Origin: an uncultured Planctomycetota bacterium
GTDB lineage: Bacteria; Planctomycetota; Planctomycetia; Isosphaerales; Isosphaeraceae
Direction of reading: 5' to 3'
Assembly (NCBI GenBank): GCA_963845755.1
Contig: CAWJTV010000038.1
Coordinates: forward strand, 1 to 64,000
DNA: 64,000 bases
This document shows, one piece after another, positions 8,342 to 19,790 of the stretch. The translations under genes were made by a program, and so were the position numbers. The first letter of the stretch is position 1. Each line of letters starts with the position of its first letter. Under the pieces are notes generated by a model. That model was not told the origin of the DNA, searched no databases, and saw only the letters and a program-made list of their open reading frames with translations.

Positions 8342-11300
8342 ATGGTGCCCGATTACTACGCCAGGCTGGGAGTGGATCCGACCGCCGATCGAGCCGAGAT
8401 CGAGGCTGCGCTCCAGCGCAAGCAGCCGGCCTGGTCGATGGGCACGCGCAACCCCAAGACCCGGCATGCGAACCAGCTCTTTCTCGACGAGATCCCCGCG
8501 CTGCGCAAGTCGCTCCTGGGCGATGCCGCCTCACGGGCCGCCTATGACGCCGAGCTGGCCGTCGCGCAGCGCGCCGAGCGGGATCGTAAGCTCGATGAGC
8601 TGCAACGGCGCGTCCGCCTGCGCGCGGCCAAGGGAGGCTTGGGAGCGTCCGATCGCGGGCTCCTGATCGACGAGGCGACCCGGCTCGGCCTGACCGAGGA
8701 CGACCTGGTCCGGATCATCCGGCCGATCCCGAGCCTGGTCGAGGCACCGAGCGCCAACGGCGACGGGGAGGTCGATCGGGATCCGCCGGCCGACGTCCTC
8801 GACCCATCGACCCGTCGCCAGATCCGCATGGCGCTGGAGCACCTGGGCTGTCGCGACCTTTATGATGCCCTGGGCCTGACGCGCGATGCCCCGGCCTCTG
8901 ACGTCAACACCCGCGCCGATGCCGAACGCCAGCGCTGGATGAAGAAGGCCCAGGTCACGGCCGAGAAGACCGCCTGGCTCGAAGTGATCACTCATGCGCA
9001 ATCGCACCTGGGCTCGCCTCGGACACGGACGCGTTACGACCGGACCCTGGCTCTCGAGGCCGAGGAGGCGTTCGACCGCCTGGCCGAGTTCACGCTCAAC
9101 GGGTTGAAGCGACTGGACCCCGGCACCCGCGCCACCCTCGTCGAGGAGGCCGGTGCGCTGGGAATCGAGCCCGACCGTGCCGATCGCCTCGTCGGCCGGA
9201 CCTGTCGCCGGCTGGGCGTCACGCGCGAAGCCGGGTCGGTGCCGCAGCCGAACTCGGGACTGGTTTCCCACCACGCCGCCACAGCATCGGCCACCGGCGC
9301 CTCCCGGTTCACCCTGCTGCGTTGCCGGAATTGCGGTGGCGTGACCGAGATCAGCCCGGTGGCGCGCAAGGCCGCCTCGGCGCGTTGCCCGCACTGCGGC
9401 GCGTCGCTGCGGTGGGATTGCCCGGTCTGCCAGCGCACTCCGTGGGTCGACGAGCCGCAATGCCCCTGCGGCTTCCGCATGGCCTTGCGCGAGCCGGTCC
9501 TCCGGCACTTCGAGGCGGCTCAGCAAGCCTTCCGAAGGTTCGATCTGATCGGATCGCTCGAGCATCTCGAACGGGTCCTGGAGCTGGCGCCGAGCTTCCC
9601 CGGAGCGCGGAACGGGATCAACAGGGTCCGACAGCGTCAGGCGGACATCGCCCGCGTCAAGCATGCCTACGAGACCGCGCGAGCCGGCGGTAGCCTGACC
9701 GCTGCGCGTAAGGCGGTCGAGGCGTGGAGCCGGCTGGTCGACCCCCAATCGGCCGAGGTGCAGGCCGCCTGGGCCGAATTGACGCCGGGCCTCAGACGCG
9801 CCACGGGGCTGGCGGCCCGGGCACGGAAACTCGAACAAACCGACCCAACGACGGCGCGGACCCTCTATCGCCAGTGCCTGGAGATCGCCGCCGACCTGCC
9901 CGATGCCCTCTCCGGCCTGGCCCGCACCCCGCCCGACCCTCCCACCGCGATGGATGCCCAGGTCCTCGGCGACCGGGTCCGCCTCATCTGGACGCCGCCG
10001 CCGCCCGACGGCCTGGGACCGCTCACATTCGTCGTCCTGCGCAAACGCAACGGCATTCTCCAGCATCCGGCCGACGGCACCCGGATCGCCGAGGTTAGCA
10101 CCAGTGAGTTCGACGACACCCTTCTGACGCCCGGCGAGACGGTCGGCTATGCCGTCCTGAGCCGTCGCGGCGGCGTGGACTCGGTCGCGGCCGTCTCGCT
10201 TTCCGGACCGGTCGTCTTCCTCGCCGACGTCAAGGATGTGCGCGTCGAGCTTCGCGAGCACGAGGTCGACCTCGCCTGGTCACCGCCGCGCGGCATTGCG
10301 GAGGTGCGCGTGATCCGGAAGAGGGGCGGGCCACCGGCCGGTCCTCGCGACGGCGACCGGATCGCTGGCGCCGTGGATCATGCGACCATCCGCAACGCCG
10401 ATCCGGGTCAGGACGATCATTACGGCATCTACGCCGTCTACAAGATGCCCGATGGCCGGCTGTTCCCCGCACCAGGGATCGTCGTCACGGGGCGGCCGCA
10501 GCCACAGGTCGCGGTCCCGGAGGCGCCACGGCTGGTGCCGGAACCGACGGGTCGGGTCCGGATCGACTGGGTCGAGCCGGCGCAGGGCTCGGTCCGGATC
10601 CTCCGCACCCCCCATCCCCTGCCCTGGCCTGCCGGTTCCCGGCTCGATGCCGCCGAGATCCCGGCGCTGGGCGGACACTGGATCGAGCCGGTCGCCCCCG
10701 ATCGGGCCTACGACTCCGATCCGCCGCGCACGGGCCTCAGTTATTACACCGCCATGGTGAGCTGGGGAGAGATGTGGATCGTCGGGCACGTTGCGGTACT
10801 CACGCGCACTCCGGACCCGTCCGAACTGCGCGCGACCCGCACCAGCAGCGGGCTCGGCTCGACGATGGCTGCCGGCATCCGGGTCACGCTCCGCTGGCGA
10901 TGGCCTGCGGAAGCCACGTCCGCCCTGGTCGTCGTGCGCCCGGGCACGCCACCCCAGGGACCCAGCGATCCGCTCGCGACGACGGCGATCGTCCCCCGCG
11001 CCGATTACGACCGCCAGGACTGCTGGACGTTCAGCCTGCCGGCGATCCCGCCACGCGGCGCCGGCGCCCCGGCCTCAACCCCGGCCAGCAACGGGAACGG
11101 CGCCGGACCCATCCCATCCGATGGCGGCGCCTGGCATATCCGGGTGTATAGCGCCGCCGAGTGGGACGGCGTCCGCTCCCTCTCGCCGGGCCTGGAACCG
11201 TCCGCCGCCACCACCTTGCCCGGCCCGCACCCGGAAGTCACCGTGTCTTATCGCCTGAATCGGCCGTGGTTGCCGGGACTCCCCTGGTCGCTCACGTTCC

Positions 11301-11554
11301 GCACGGAGCCGACCAGCTCGGTCCTCCCGCCCATGGTTGTGGTGGCCCACCCACGGACTGTCCCACTTTCCGTGGATGAGGGGCAAGTCATCGCCCGCCT
11401 TCCGGCCGTCCACAATGGAGCCCGCTTCTCCATCCGGGTTCCCTTCAACCGGACCGGACACGGCGTGCGCGTCTTCCCCGACCCATCCGTTGCTCCCCAC
11501 GAGCAGGTCCCCATCCGCTTCCGCCACCCCGAGATCGGTGCAACGAGGGTGTAA
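8342..11554 (+). CDS. Multidomain protein: two J-domain-like units, zinc ribbons, TPR-like helices, fibronectin type III-like repeats
   Basis: MVPDYYARLGV...SRAAYD and DLYDALGL...RTRYD (no HPD); CRNCG/CPHCG/CPVC/CPCG; VRLIWTPP, VDLAWSPP, VRIDWVEP, LRWRWP strands. Confidence 0.75.
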   Translation: MVPDYYARLGVDPTADRAEIEAALQRKQPAWSMGTRNPKTRHANQLFLDEIPALRKSLLGDAASRAAYDAELAVAQRAERDRKLDELQRRVRLRAAKGGLGASDRGLLIDEATRLGLTEDDLVRIIRPIPSLVEAPSANGDGEVDRDPPADVLDPSTRRQIRMALEHLGCRDLYDALGLTRDAPASDVNTRADAERQRWMKKAQVTAEKTAWLEVITHAQSHLGSPRTRTRYDRTLALEAEEAFDRLAEFTLNGLKRLDPGTRATLVEEAGALGIEPDRADRLVGRTCRRLGVTREAGSVPQPNSGLVSHHAATASATGASRFTLLRCRNCGGVTEISPVARKAASARCPHCGASLRWDCPVCQRTPWVDEPQCPCGFRMALREPVLRHFEAAQQAFRRFDLIGSLEHLERVLELAPSFPGARNGINRVRQRQADIARVKHAYETARAGGSLTAARKAVEAWSRLVDPQSAEVQAAWAELTPGLRRATGLAARARKLEQTDPTTARTLYRQCLEIAADLPDALSGLARTPPDPPTAMDAQVLGDRVRLIWTPPPPDGLGPLTFVVLRKRNGILQHPADGTRIAEVSTSEFDDTLLTPGETVGYAVLSRRGGVDSVAAVSLSGPVVFLADVKDVRVELREHEVDLAWSPPRGIAEVRVIRKRGGPPAGPRDGDRIAGAVDHATIRNADPGQDDHYGIYAVYKMPDGRLFPAPGIVVTGRPQPQVAVPEAPRLVPEPTGRVRIDWVEPAQGSVRILRTPHPLPWPAGSRLDAAEIPALGGHWIEPVAPDRAYDSDPPRTGLSYYTAMVSWGEMWIVGHVAVLTRTPDPSELRATRTSSGLGSTMAAGIRVTLRWRWPAEATSALVVVRPGTPPQGPSDPLATTAIVPRADYDRQDCWTFSLPAIPPRGAGAPASTPASNGNGAGPIPSDGGAWHIRVYSAAEWDGVRSLSPGLEPSAATTLPGPHPEVTVSYRLNRPWLPGLPWSLTFRTEPTSSVLPPMVVVAHPRTVPLSVDEGQVIARLPAVHNGARFSIRVPFNRTGHGVRVFPDPSVAPHEQVPIRFRHPEIGATRV

Positions 11555-11887
11555 GCCAGCCCACAGCGACCCTCTTCAATTCCCCCGAACAGGCCCAGAT
11601 TGGATGCGAGCATGACAAGCAAACCTTATCCTTCCAGCCGGGAGTCGAATGGTTGTAACCAATTATTATCCAAGGAGATAGGATCATTGATGGACTGCGG
11701 TCGCTCCTTCCGTCAGACGAAGCCCTGGGGAGAGTCCGTCCATTCATTTCGCGGCCGGACCGGTTTGTGGTAGGATCACCGTTTTGCGGACTCGATCGAC
11801 GCCGGACGCTCTCAGGTGTGGCCCGGCGACGTCATTTCGGCTGGGTTGGGAGATCGGCGTTCTCGCCAGGATTTCAGGACCACGCGG

Positions 11888-12631
11888 ATGAATCGCTATA
11901 TTTGCGACGCAGACGACTTTTACGTCAACGTCCACCTCAATACCGAGATGGAACTGCCCAATAACCGCGACACGGTCTTGCACTTCTTCGAGCAGATGAA
12001 GAAGGGGTTCCCGGATCTGCGGAACTTCTACACCCGGGAGAACGGCGACCTTGTCCTGGAAGGGGACAAGGAGCAAGACTCTTATCGATGGATGGCGATC
12101 GAGCCGCGCCGGCTCTGCTCGGGCCAGATGAACCCCGAAACCCTGGACGACGCGTTTCGGCAGCATGAGATGGTCCTGGACCTGGCTCCGCCGCTGTTGA
12201 CGATCAGCCTGCTCGATTGCGAGGCGCTCGACGTCATGTTCGGCTTCGACTTCCACTACGACGGCAACCATGACGAGGTCGTGGCCGAGGCGCTGGGCGT
12301 CGGGCATGGCCTGGAAGGACTCTTCGAGCTCCCCCAGGCCCAGGTCATCAATTACGAGCCCTCGCTGACGCTGGCCCTGAACGAGTCGTGCCAGCTTCAG
12401 TGCCGCCTGGCGGTCGAGACCCGGACGAATGCGTATCAGGTCCGGACCCGCGAGTTCGGCGACGACCAGATCAGCGTCTATTTCACGGTGCGGCAATACT
12501 GGGGGACCGGTCCGGACCAGAGTTTCCTCGACTCGCTCAAGCGTCAGCGTGAGCTCGGCGAGGAGATCCTCCAGCAAGCGGTGATCCCTCGGGTCGTCCG
12601 CCCCCTGGCACAGGTTATTGCTTCGCGGTAA
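11888..12631 (+). CDS. Conserved planctomycete hypothetical protein
   Basis: Long ORF with genome-typical codon use, DDFYVNVHLNTEMELP..RDTVLHFFE; 10 nt upstream of the aminotransferase. Confidence 0.75.
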   Translation: MNRYICDADDFYVNVHLNTEMELPNNRDTVLHFFEQMKKGFPDLRNFYTRENGDLVLEGDKEQDSYRWMAIEPRRLCSGQMNPETLDDAFRQHEMVLDLAPPLLTISLLDCEALDVMFGFDFHYDGNHDEVVAEALGVGHGLEGLFELPQAQVINYEPSLTLALNESCQLQCRLAVETRTNAYQVRTREFGDDQISVYFTVRQYWGTGPDQSFLDSLKRQRELGEEILQQAVIPRVVRPLAQVIASR

Positions 12632-12641
12632 GGTGCGACTC

Positions 12642-13904
12642 ATGCCCCGACTCAGCTCACTGGTTCGAAGCCTGACCGCGGAGACGGCCTTCACCGTGCT
12701 GGCGATTGCGCGTGCGCTGAAGGCGCAGGGCAAGGATGTTGTCGAGCTGGAGATCGGCGACAGCCCGTTCCCGAGCACGCCGAACGCCAAGCGCGCGGGC
12801 ATCCTGGCGATCGAGGAGAATCAAACCGGCTACTGCGCCAGCCTGGGGCTCCCGGAGTTCCGGGACGCCGCCGCCCGGTTCTTCTCGGCCGAGTTCGGCT
12901 ATGCGGTCTCGGGCGAGAATATCGTGGTCGGCTCGGGGGCCAAGCCCTTCGAACAGTTCTTCGCCGAGGCGATCCTCGACCCGGGCGATGGGGTCCTGGT
13001 CTTCAGCCCTCAGTTCCCGACCTATGTGCCCAACCTCCAGCGCCGAGGGGCACGCGCGGTGCTCGTGCCGCTCTCGGTCGATCGACAGTTCCGCCCGTCC
13101 GCCGAGGACGTCCGTCGCTTCCTGGCGACCGATCCGAAGCCCCGGGCGATCTTCCTGAACTCGCCGCACAACCCGACCGGGGGCGTGGCGACTCGCGAGG
13201 ATCTGGCTGCGATCGCCGATGTGGTTCGGGGCACCAACTTGATGGTCTTCTCCGACGAGCCATATTGCCATATGGTCTGGGGCGGACGCCACGCGTCGAT
13301 CCTGGCCGAACCGGGGATGCTCGAGCACACCGTGGCGGCCTACACCTTCAGCAAGTCGTACAGCATGAGCGGCTGGCGAATCGGCTTCGCGGTCGCGGCG
13401 CCGGAGGTGGTCGATGCGATCGGCAAGCTGATCAACACGACCGCGTCGTGCAGCCCACCGCTGGCCCAGCGCGCCGCCCAGGCGGCTCTGGAGTCCGACG
13501 CCGAGACCCGCGACCAGTACATGGAACGGTTCCGCCGTAAGGTCCTTCGGCTCTGCGAGGGACTCGAGCCGATCGATGGCTTTCGCGTCGTTCGACCGGC
13601 CGGTACGTTCTACGTCTTCCCGGACGTCCGCGCGGCCTGCAACCGTCTGGGGATCACCTCGCATGGCCTGGCACTCTACCTGCTCGAAGGGGCCGACGAT
13701 CGTTTCGGCGTCGCCTGCCTCGGCGGCGAATGCTTCGGTGACGCCGGACGCGGCTTCCTCCGCTTCAGTTGCGCCGAGCCCGATGATCGCATCGATCAGG
13801 CCATCGCCTTTCTCCCCGGGGCGCTCGAACATCGCGACCGGGTTCGCCGCTATCTCGACACCAATCCTCAATTCGTCCTGGCCGAGCCTTATCCCATGTC
13901 TTGA
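12642..13904 (+). CDS. PLP-dependent aminotransferase class I/II (aspartate aminotransferase-like)
   Basis: LEIGDS, NSPHNPTG, SDEPY, FSKSYSMSGWRIG, GTFYVFP motifs. Confidence 0.95.
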   Translation: MPRLSSLVRSLTAETAFTVLAIARALKAQGKDVVELEIGDSPFPSTPNAKRAGILAIEENQTGYCASLGLPEFRDAAARFFSAEFGYAVSGENIVVGSGAKPFEQFFAEAILDPGDGVLVFSPQFPTYVPNLQRRGARAVLVPLSVDRQFRPSAEDVRRFLATDPKPRAIFLNSPHNPTGGVATREDLAAIADVVRGTNLMVFSDEPYCHMVWGGRHASILAEPGMLEHTVAAYTFSKSYSMSGWRIGFAVAAPEVVDAIGKLINTTASCSPPLAQRAAQAALESDAETRDQYMERFRRKVLRLCEGLEPIDGFRVVRPAGTFYVFPDVRAACNRLGITSHGLALYLLEGADDRFGVACLGGECFGDAGRGFLRFSCAEPDDRIDQAIAFLPGALEHRDRVRRYLDTNPQFVLAEPYPMS

Positions 13905-14139
13905 GGCCATTTCGGAACCATCGATCAGGAATCCCATCGTGATCCAGCCGGACGCGTCCGACCTCAGTTCCGGTGCGCATCAAACTTCTTGAGCTTGCCC
14001 CGATACGCGAGAAATCGTAAAACCATTGACCCCTCGGATCGATGTTCGCATTTCCCATGAGATCGACTGGCGGCCCCTTGTTCGCGATCGATCGGTCGAT
14101 CGCCCGTCCCTGGAACGGGGCGAAGGCTGGAGACCTGTC

Positions 14140-14958
14140 ATGACCTCCGGATTGCAGTCCATTTGCGCCAGGTACGCGCAGTGCAAATGCTGTGGTGGCC
14201 TGGCGGTTCCGTACGGTGTCGTGGACTTCAACAAGAACTGCGAGATTTACCGGCGGCGGGTCCTCGACATCTCGGGCGTGCCCATCTACTACTACCGATG
14301 TCCTGCGTGCCGGTTCATCTTCACGACGGCGTTCGACCATTTCACGAAAGCGGATTTCCTCGAACACATCTACAACGAGGAGTACCTGGTGGTCGATCCG
14401 GACTATCAGGCGTCGCGAGCCCGGGGAAACGCCGCCTTCCTTTGCAGGCTATTCTCAGGCGGCTGGCCTCGGAACATCCTCGATTATGGGGGCGGAACCG
14501 GCGTACTGGCCGAGTCGCTGCGCGCGGCCGGTTTTCCTCAGGCGGAAACCTACGACCCGTTCGTAACGCGCCACTCCGCCAGGCCATCCCATCGCTTCGA
14601 TTGCGTCGTCAGTTTCGAGGTCGTCGAGCATGCCACCGATCCCGCGGGCGTCTTCGCGGACATGAACGACCTGGTGACCGACGCGGGATTGATCGTTTTT
14701 TCAACCTTGGTTCAGCCGATCGATATCGAGGAAAAGGGCCTCAACTGGTGGTACGCCGGCCCCCGAAACGGTCATGTCTCCCTCTTTTCCCGGCCGAGCC
14801 TGGAATACCTGGTGCGACGATTCGGATTCCAGTTCGGATCGTTCGGCGAGAACCTGCACGTGCTATTCCGAGAGATTCCCGACTTCGCGAGACACTTCAT
14901 CAGACCCGTTCGGTCCCTCACCGAAGCGTTGTCAACATCGACTGTGCCGGTCTATTAA
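14140..14958 (+). CDS. Class I SAM-dependent methyltransferase with N-terminal Cys pairs
   Basis: CKCC/CPAC; ILDYGGGTG; FDCVVSFEVVEH; WWYAGPRNGHVSLF. Confidence 0.88.
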   Translation: MTSGLQSICARYAQCKCCGGLAVPYGVVDFNKNCEIYRRRVLDISGVPIYYYRCPACRFIFTTAFDHFTKADFLEHIYNEEYLVVDPDYQASRARGNAAFLCRLFSGGWPRNILDYGGGTGVLAESLRAAGFPQAETYDPFVTRHSARPSHRFDCVVSFEVVEHATDPAGVFADMNDLVTDAGLIVFSTLVQPIDIEEKGLNWWYAGPRNGHVSLFSRPSLEYLVRRFGFQFGSFGENLHVLFREIPDFARHFIRPVRSLTEALSTSTVPVY

Positions 14959-15087
14959 TGAGAGTTGCAGGGAAACGTGGGACACCGTGACATGCAGCCG
15001 TATCTTCCTATGCCGAGCGCGTTCCGTCAGTTTCCGCGTTTCACCGCGCGAGCTTCGCCGTGCCGGCCATCGCGTTATGGCAGGGTC

Positions 15088-16561
15088 TCAGGCCAGGATT
15101 TCTCTCGCGACGCGGCCACTGACGTCGGTGAGGCGGAAGTCGCGGCCGCTGTAGCGATACGTCAGTCGCTCGTGATCCAGGCCCATGAGGTGCAGGACCG
15201 TGGCGTGCAGGTCGTGGACGTGCATTCGGTTCTCGACGGCTTGCATACCGAGCTCGTCGGTCGCGCCGTGGACGTAGCCCCCCTTGACGCCGCCGCCGGC
15301 CAGCCACATCGAGAAGCCCAGGCTATGGTGATCGCGGCCCTTGGCCCCTTCGGAATAAGGCGTACGGCCGAACTCGCCACCCCAGATGATCAGCGTGTCT
15401 TCCAGGAGCCCCCGCGCTTTCAGGTCCTTCAGGAGCGCGGCGACCGGGCGGTCGCTCTTCTGCGCGTGTTTCCGGTGGTTGGCGATGTCCGCGTGGTCGT
15501 CCCAGGGCTGATCGCTGCCGTAATAGACCTGGACGATCCGCACCCCGCGCTCGACCAGGCGGCGAGCGATCAGGCAGGCGTTGGCGAACTCGCCGGCGCC
15601 GTACAAGTCGCGGGTCGCCGCCGACTCGCGGGCCAGGTCGAAAGCCTCTCGGGCCTCGAACTGCATGCGGAACGCCATCTCCAGGGAGGCGATCCGGGAC
15701 TCGAGCGCCGCATCGGGACCGCGAGATCCCAGGTGCTCGTGATTGAGGGCCTGGAGCAGGTCGATCTGGCGGCGCTGGGCCGGCCGCGACATGTGATGAT
15801 TCGTCACGTCGCGGATGATCCGGTCCGGGTCGATCGAGTTATTGTGGATGTGCGTCCCTTGGTAAACGCCGGGCAGGAAACTATTACTCCACAACTGGGG
15901 GCCGACGACCGGCTTGCCCGGGCAGAGCACCACGTAACCCGGCAGGTTCTGGTTCTCCGTGCCCAGGCCGAAGGTCAGCCACGAGCCGAGGCAGGGCCGG
16001 ATCGGCTGCATGTTCCCCGAGTTCATCATCAAGAGCGACGGCTCGTGGTTCGGGTTGTCGGTGTACATCGAGCGGAGCACGCAGATCTCGTCGATGGAGG
16101 CGGCCACGTGGGGAAACAACTCGGAGACCGCAATGCCGCTCTGGCCGTGCGGCCGCGCGGAAAACGGCGAAGCCATGAGCTTGCCTTGTTTGCGGCGCCC
16201 GGTCATCACCGAGGCCGGCGGGGCCTGCCCGGCGTGCCGGTCCAGGGCCGACTTGGGGTCGAAGGTGTCGAACGTGCGACGGACCGCCGTTCATGAACAG
16301 GAAGATCACCCGCTTCGCCCGCGCGGGGAAGTGCGGCGGCCTGGGCGCCAGTGGATTGCCGGAGACCACGGCCTCCGCGCCAACCGGCGACCCGGCCACT
16401 GCCGAACCGGCCCCCATCAACAGCCCGGAGTCGGCCAGCACGCTCCCCAATCCCAGGGCACCGAAACCGCCGCCGATCCGGCAGAACAGGGCCCGACGGC
16501 TCATCGGCAGCCCCATACCGAAATCCCCGCCAGCCGCGGATCGATCAGCCTTCGCTTGCAT
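15088..16561 (-). CDS. DUF1501 domain protein (Tat-like SRR leader), frameshifted near 16270
   Basis: SRRALF; AKRVIFLFMNGGPSH then shifted DTFDPK; WDDH, GEFGRTP, GRDHH, HVHDLHAT. Confidence 0.92.
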
Positions 16562-16621
16562 GGCAAGTCATCTCCGGATTCCGTAAGCGGTGAGCAATAG
16601 GGGATAGGCACCGAATGCTGA

Positions 16622-18997
16622 TCAATCCACGAACAAGAATTCATTGGCCGCCAGCAGGGCCTGGGTGTAGCACTCCCAGCGGCTCAGATCGGTCGAGGTT
16701 TTCGAGTGCGGGTCGGCCGTCGCCGGCTCGGGTGCCCGGAGATAGGCCAGGCCGAGTTCGACCTCGCGATCGGTCGCGGTGCGGCCGTAGAGCAGCAGGT
16801 AGGCGCGGCGGATGCCCTGGGCATCGTCGTGGGCAGTCTTCGGTGTCGAGCCGGCCCGTAACCGGCCGGCGACGGCGCGGGCGGCGCCGACCATGAACTC
16901 GCTGTTGAGCACGAAGAGCTGCTGGAGCGGGACGGTGGTTTCGACCCGATTCCCGCTGGTGATATTCGGGTCGGGGAAGTCGAAGAGGCGGAGCATCCAG
17001 GCCAGGTCGTGTCGGCTGATCGCCGCGTAGGCGGTGCGGCGGCGATTGCCCGGCGCGTCGAGGCTGACCGACGGCCCTCCGATCGCCGGATCGAGCCGAC
17101 CGGCGACGGTCAGCATGGCGTCGCGCCAGGACTCGACGTCCAGGCGACGGCGGTTCATCCGCCAGAGCAGGACGTTCCCCGGGTCCTTCGCGAGGCCCTG
17201 GGAATCAAATCGACTGCTCTGCTGATATGTCGCGGATAGAAGGATTTCCCGATGAAGTGCCTTGATCGACCAGCCGCACGCGATGAATCGGCGGGACAGC
17301 CAGTCGAGCAGCTCGGGGTGGCTGGGACGCTCGCCCAGGGTGCCGAAGTTGCTGTCGGTGGCGACGAGTCCCCGGCCGAAATGGTGCTGCCAGACGCGGT
17401 TGACCATCACGCGCGCCGTCAGCGGGTTGTCGGAGCCGGCAATGGCGTGCGCCAACTCGAGCCGGCCGCTCCCCTGTCGGAAGGCCGACCGATCGCCGCC
17501 CAGCGCCGTCAGGAACCGGCGCGGGACCTTGGCTCCCGGCGTGGCGGGATTGCCCCGCGCCAGCACGGGCATGTCGGTCGGCCGGGAGGCATCAGTCAGG
17601 GTGTGGATCACCGGATACTTGGGCGGCGCTTTCTTCTTGAGTTCCGCCAGCTCGGCCCAAAGCGCCTTGGCCTTCGCCTTCGCCGCGACTTGATCCTTCT
17701 CTTTCGCGAGCCCTTTGATCTGCTTATCCTTGGCCGCAATCGCCGCCTCGGACTTGCTATAGGCTTCGACTTGCTCCTTCGGCACGGTCGGCACTTCGAG
17801 GTAGTCGGTGCTGGCGAAGACGCCCTCGAGTGCATAGTAATCGGTGGTCGGGATCGGGTCGTACTTGTGGTCGTGGCATCGGGCGCAGGCGACCGTCAGG
17901 CCCAGGAAGCCGCGAGTCAGGGTGTCGATGCGGTCGGCGTACTGGTCGAGCTTGTTGCGGTCTCCGTAGTAGACCGGTCCGCAGGCGAAGAAGCCCAAGG
18001 CCGCCAGGCGGTCGAGACGCTCGGCTTCCGGGCCATCGAGCTGGTCGCCGGCGATCTGCTCGAGGATGAATCGGTCATAGGGCAGATCGCGATTGAAGGC
18101 CCGGATCAGCCAGTCGCGATAGCGAAACCCATGCGGGTAGAGCCGGGGCTGGAACGAGTGGGCCTGGTCCTCGCCGTAACGCGCCACGTCGAGCCAGAAA
18201 CGACCCCAGCGCTCGCCGTAGTGGGGCGAGGCCAGCAGGCGATCGACAAGCCGCCCGTAGGCATCGGGCGCATCGTCGCGGACAAAGGCCGCGATCTCCT
18301 CGGGACTCGGCGGCAGCCCGAGCACGTCGAACGTGACCCGGCGGATCAGTGCAGCTTTCTCCGCCCGTGGCGACGGCGACAGCCCTACGGTCTCGAGCCG
18401 GGCCAGGATGAACCGGTCGATCGGCGATTGAGACCAATCCAGATCCTGGACCTCCGGCGGCGCGGGATTCCCGACCGGCTGGAACGACCACAAGGACTGG
18501 GCACGCTTCACGACTTCGGCCGAGGGAGCCGATACCGCCTCGGTCGCCAAGGGCGAAGGAGTGACTCCCGCCCTTGGTGCGGGCCAGTGTGCGCCTCGCT
18601 TGACCCAATCGGTCAGTGCGGCGATCTCCGCACTCTTGAGCTTGCCCTTGGGGGGCATCTGGACGTCCCCCTCGTCGCGCACGGCTTCGATCAGGGCGCT
18701 TTCATCCGGCTTCCCCGGGACGACGACCGGACCGCTCTCGCCGCCCTTGATCATCGAGTCCCGGGCGTCGAGCCGCAGGCCCGCCTTGGACTTCTCCGGC
18801 CCGTGACACCCCAGGCAGTGGGTCGCCAGCACCGGACGGACCTTGGCCTCGAAGAACTCCACCGCCGCCGGGTCGAGTTTACTCCCGCCTGGCGAGGCAT
18901 CGCCGGCGGTCACGATCATCGGCAAGATCGCCACGGCCGTCATGACCAACACAGGCAGGATTCCGAGCCGGAAGATGGAGCGCAGGGATAAGCGCAT
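16622..18997 (-). CDS. Planctomycete cytochrome c + PSCyt2 (DUF1549) + PSD1 (DUF1553) protein
   Basis: HCLGCHG heme motif, YGERWGRFWLDVARY, CARCHDHKYDPI, NPLTARVMVNRVWQHHFGRG. Confidence 0.95.
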   Translation of the reverse strand: MRLSLRSIFRLGILPVLVMTAVAILPMIVTAGDASPGGSKLDPAAVEFFEAKVRPVLATHCLGCHGPEKSKAGLRLDARDSMIKGGESGPVVVPGKPDESALIEAVRDEGDVQMPPKGKLKSAEIAALTDWVKRGAHWPAPRAGVTPSPLATEAVSAPSAEVVKRAQSLWSFQPVGNPAPPEVQDLDWSQSPIDRFILARLETVGLSPSPRAEKAALIRRVTFDVLGLPPSPEEIAAFVRDDAPDAYGRLVDRLLASPHYGERWGRFWLDVARYGEDQAHSFQPRLYPHGFRYRDWLIRAFNRDLPYDRFILEQIAGDQLDGPEAERLDRLAALGFFACGPVYYGDRNKLDQYADRIDTLTRGFLGLTVACARCHDHKYDPIPTTDYYALEGVFASTDYLEVPTVPKEQVEAYSKSEAAIAAKDKQIKGLAKEKDQVAAKAKAKALWAELAELKKKAPPKYPVIHTLTDASRPTDMPVLARGNPATPGAKVPRRFLTALGGDRSAFRQGSGRLELAHAIAGSDNPLTARVMVNRVWQHHFGRGLVATDSNFGTLGERPSHPELLDWLSRRFIACGWSIKALHREILLSATYQQSSRFDSQGLAKDPGNVLLWRMNRRRLDVESWRDAMLTVAGRLDPAIGGPSVSLDAPGNRRRTAYAAISRHDLAWMLRLFDFPDPNITSGNRVETTVPLQQLFVLNSEFMVGAARAVAGRLRAGSTPKTAHDDAQGIRRAYLLLYGRTATDREVELGLAYLRAPEPATADPHSKTSTDLSRWECYTQALLAANEFLFVD

Positions 18998-19214
18998 AAC
19001 ATCCCTTTCCGCGCGAAAAAGGTTTCACCGATATTTAACATCGGTCAACCGGAGGCGGATGTCAAGGGTTTACAAGTGGCGGAGGATGAGGCGTGACCGT
19101 TCGAGAAGGTTGATTCGGGGAAAAATTCAAGCTGCGGCCTTCAACGATCGGAGGCCCTGTCTCCGAAAAATTATAGCAATCGCCGGGCTTGAGAACCGAC
19201 GGAACTGACCTAGA

Positions 19215-19790
19215 TTGACCGGCCGTCGAGAGCAACGATACCGCGATGGGGACGTGTACGACTGGTTCCAGTATAGTGTGGTCAGGGTCTGGGAGCAGCC
19301 GGTGGACCAATTGCTGGCCTGCGGCTTGACGGTCCTGCCACTGGCACCGGTCTCCAGAGTCGAGACCGAGAGGGTCCCCGAGCTGCTGCTGGCTATCTCG
19401 GAACGGCTGGCGCGGGAGTCCAGCCCCGATCAGGCCGCGACGTTGTGGAACGCGATCAGGATCCTGATGGGTTTGCGCTTCGAGAAAGATCAGGTTGACA
19501 CGATCATCGGAGGGGTATCCGCCATGTTGTTCGGAATCCGCGGGATCGAAGAATCGTCCGTCTATCAGGGGATCCTCAGGCAAGGTGAGACCAAAGGCCG
19601 CATCGAGGGCGCCGTCGATGACGCGAAGAAAATCTTACTCCGACATGGGGGCAAGAAGCTGGGGCCGCCTAGCGAGCGGATCGAAACGGAAATCGCCGCC
19701 CTCGACAATCTCAATCTCCTGCACGATCTCATCGATCGCGTCTTCGATGTCTCCACCTGGGATGAGCTGATGGCTTCTCTCGATCCCTGA
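19215..19790 (+). pseudogene. Rpn/DUF4351-like putative transposase-derived protein, N-terminally truncated
   Basis: FQYSVVRVWEQP...LPLAP...EESSVYQGILRQGE..G..EG...TWDEL; no convincing start or N-terminal nuclease part. Confidence 0.65.

Noticed and set aside
15088..18997. DUF1501 + PSD1 cytochrome pair as a novel system
   Set aside because: Well-known, highly paralogous planctomycete gene pair.
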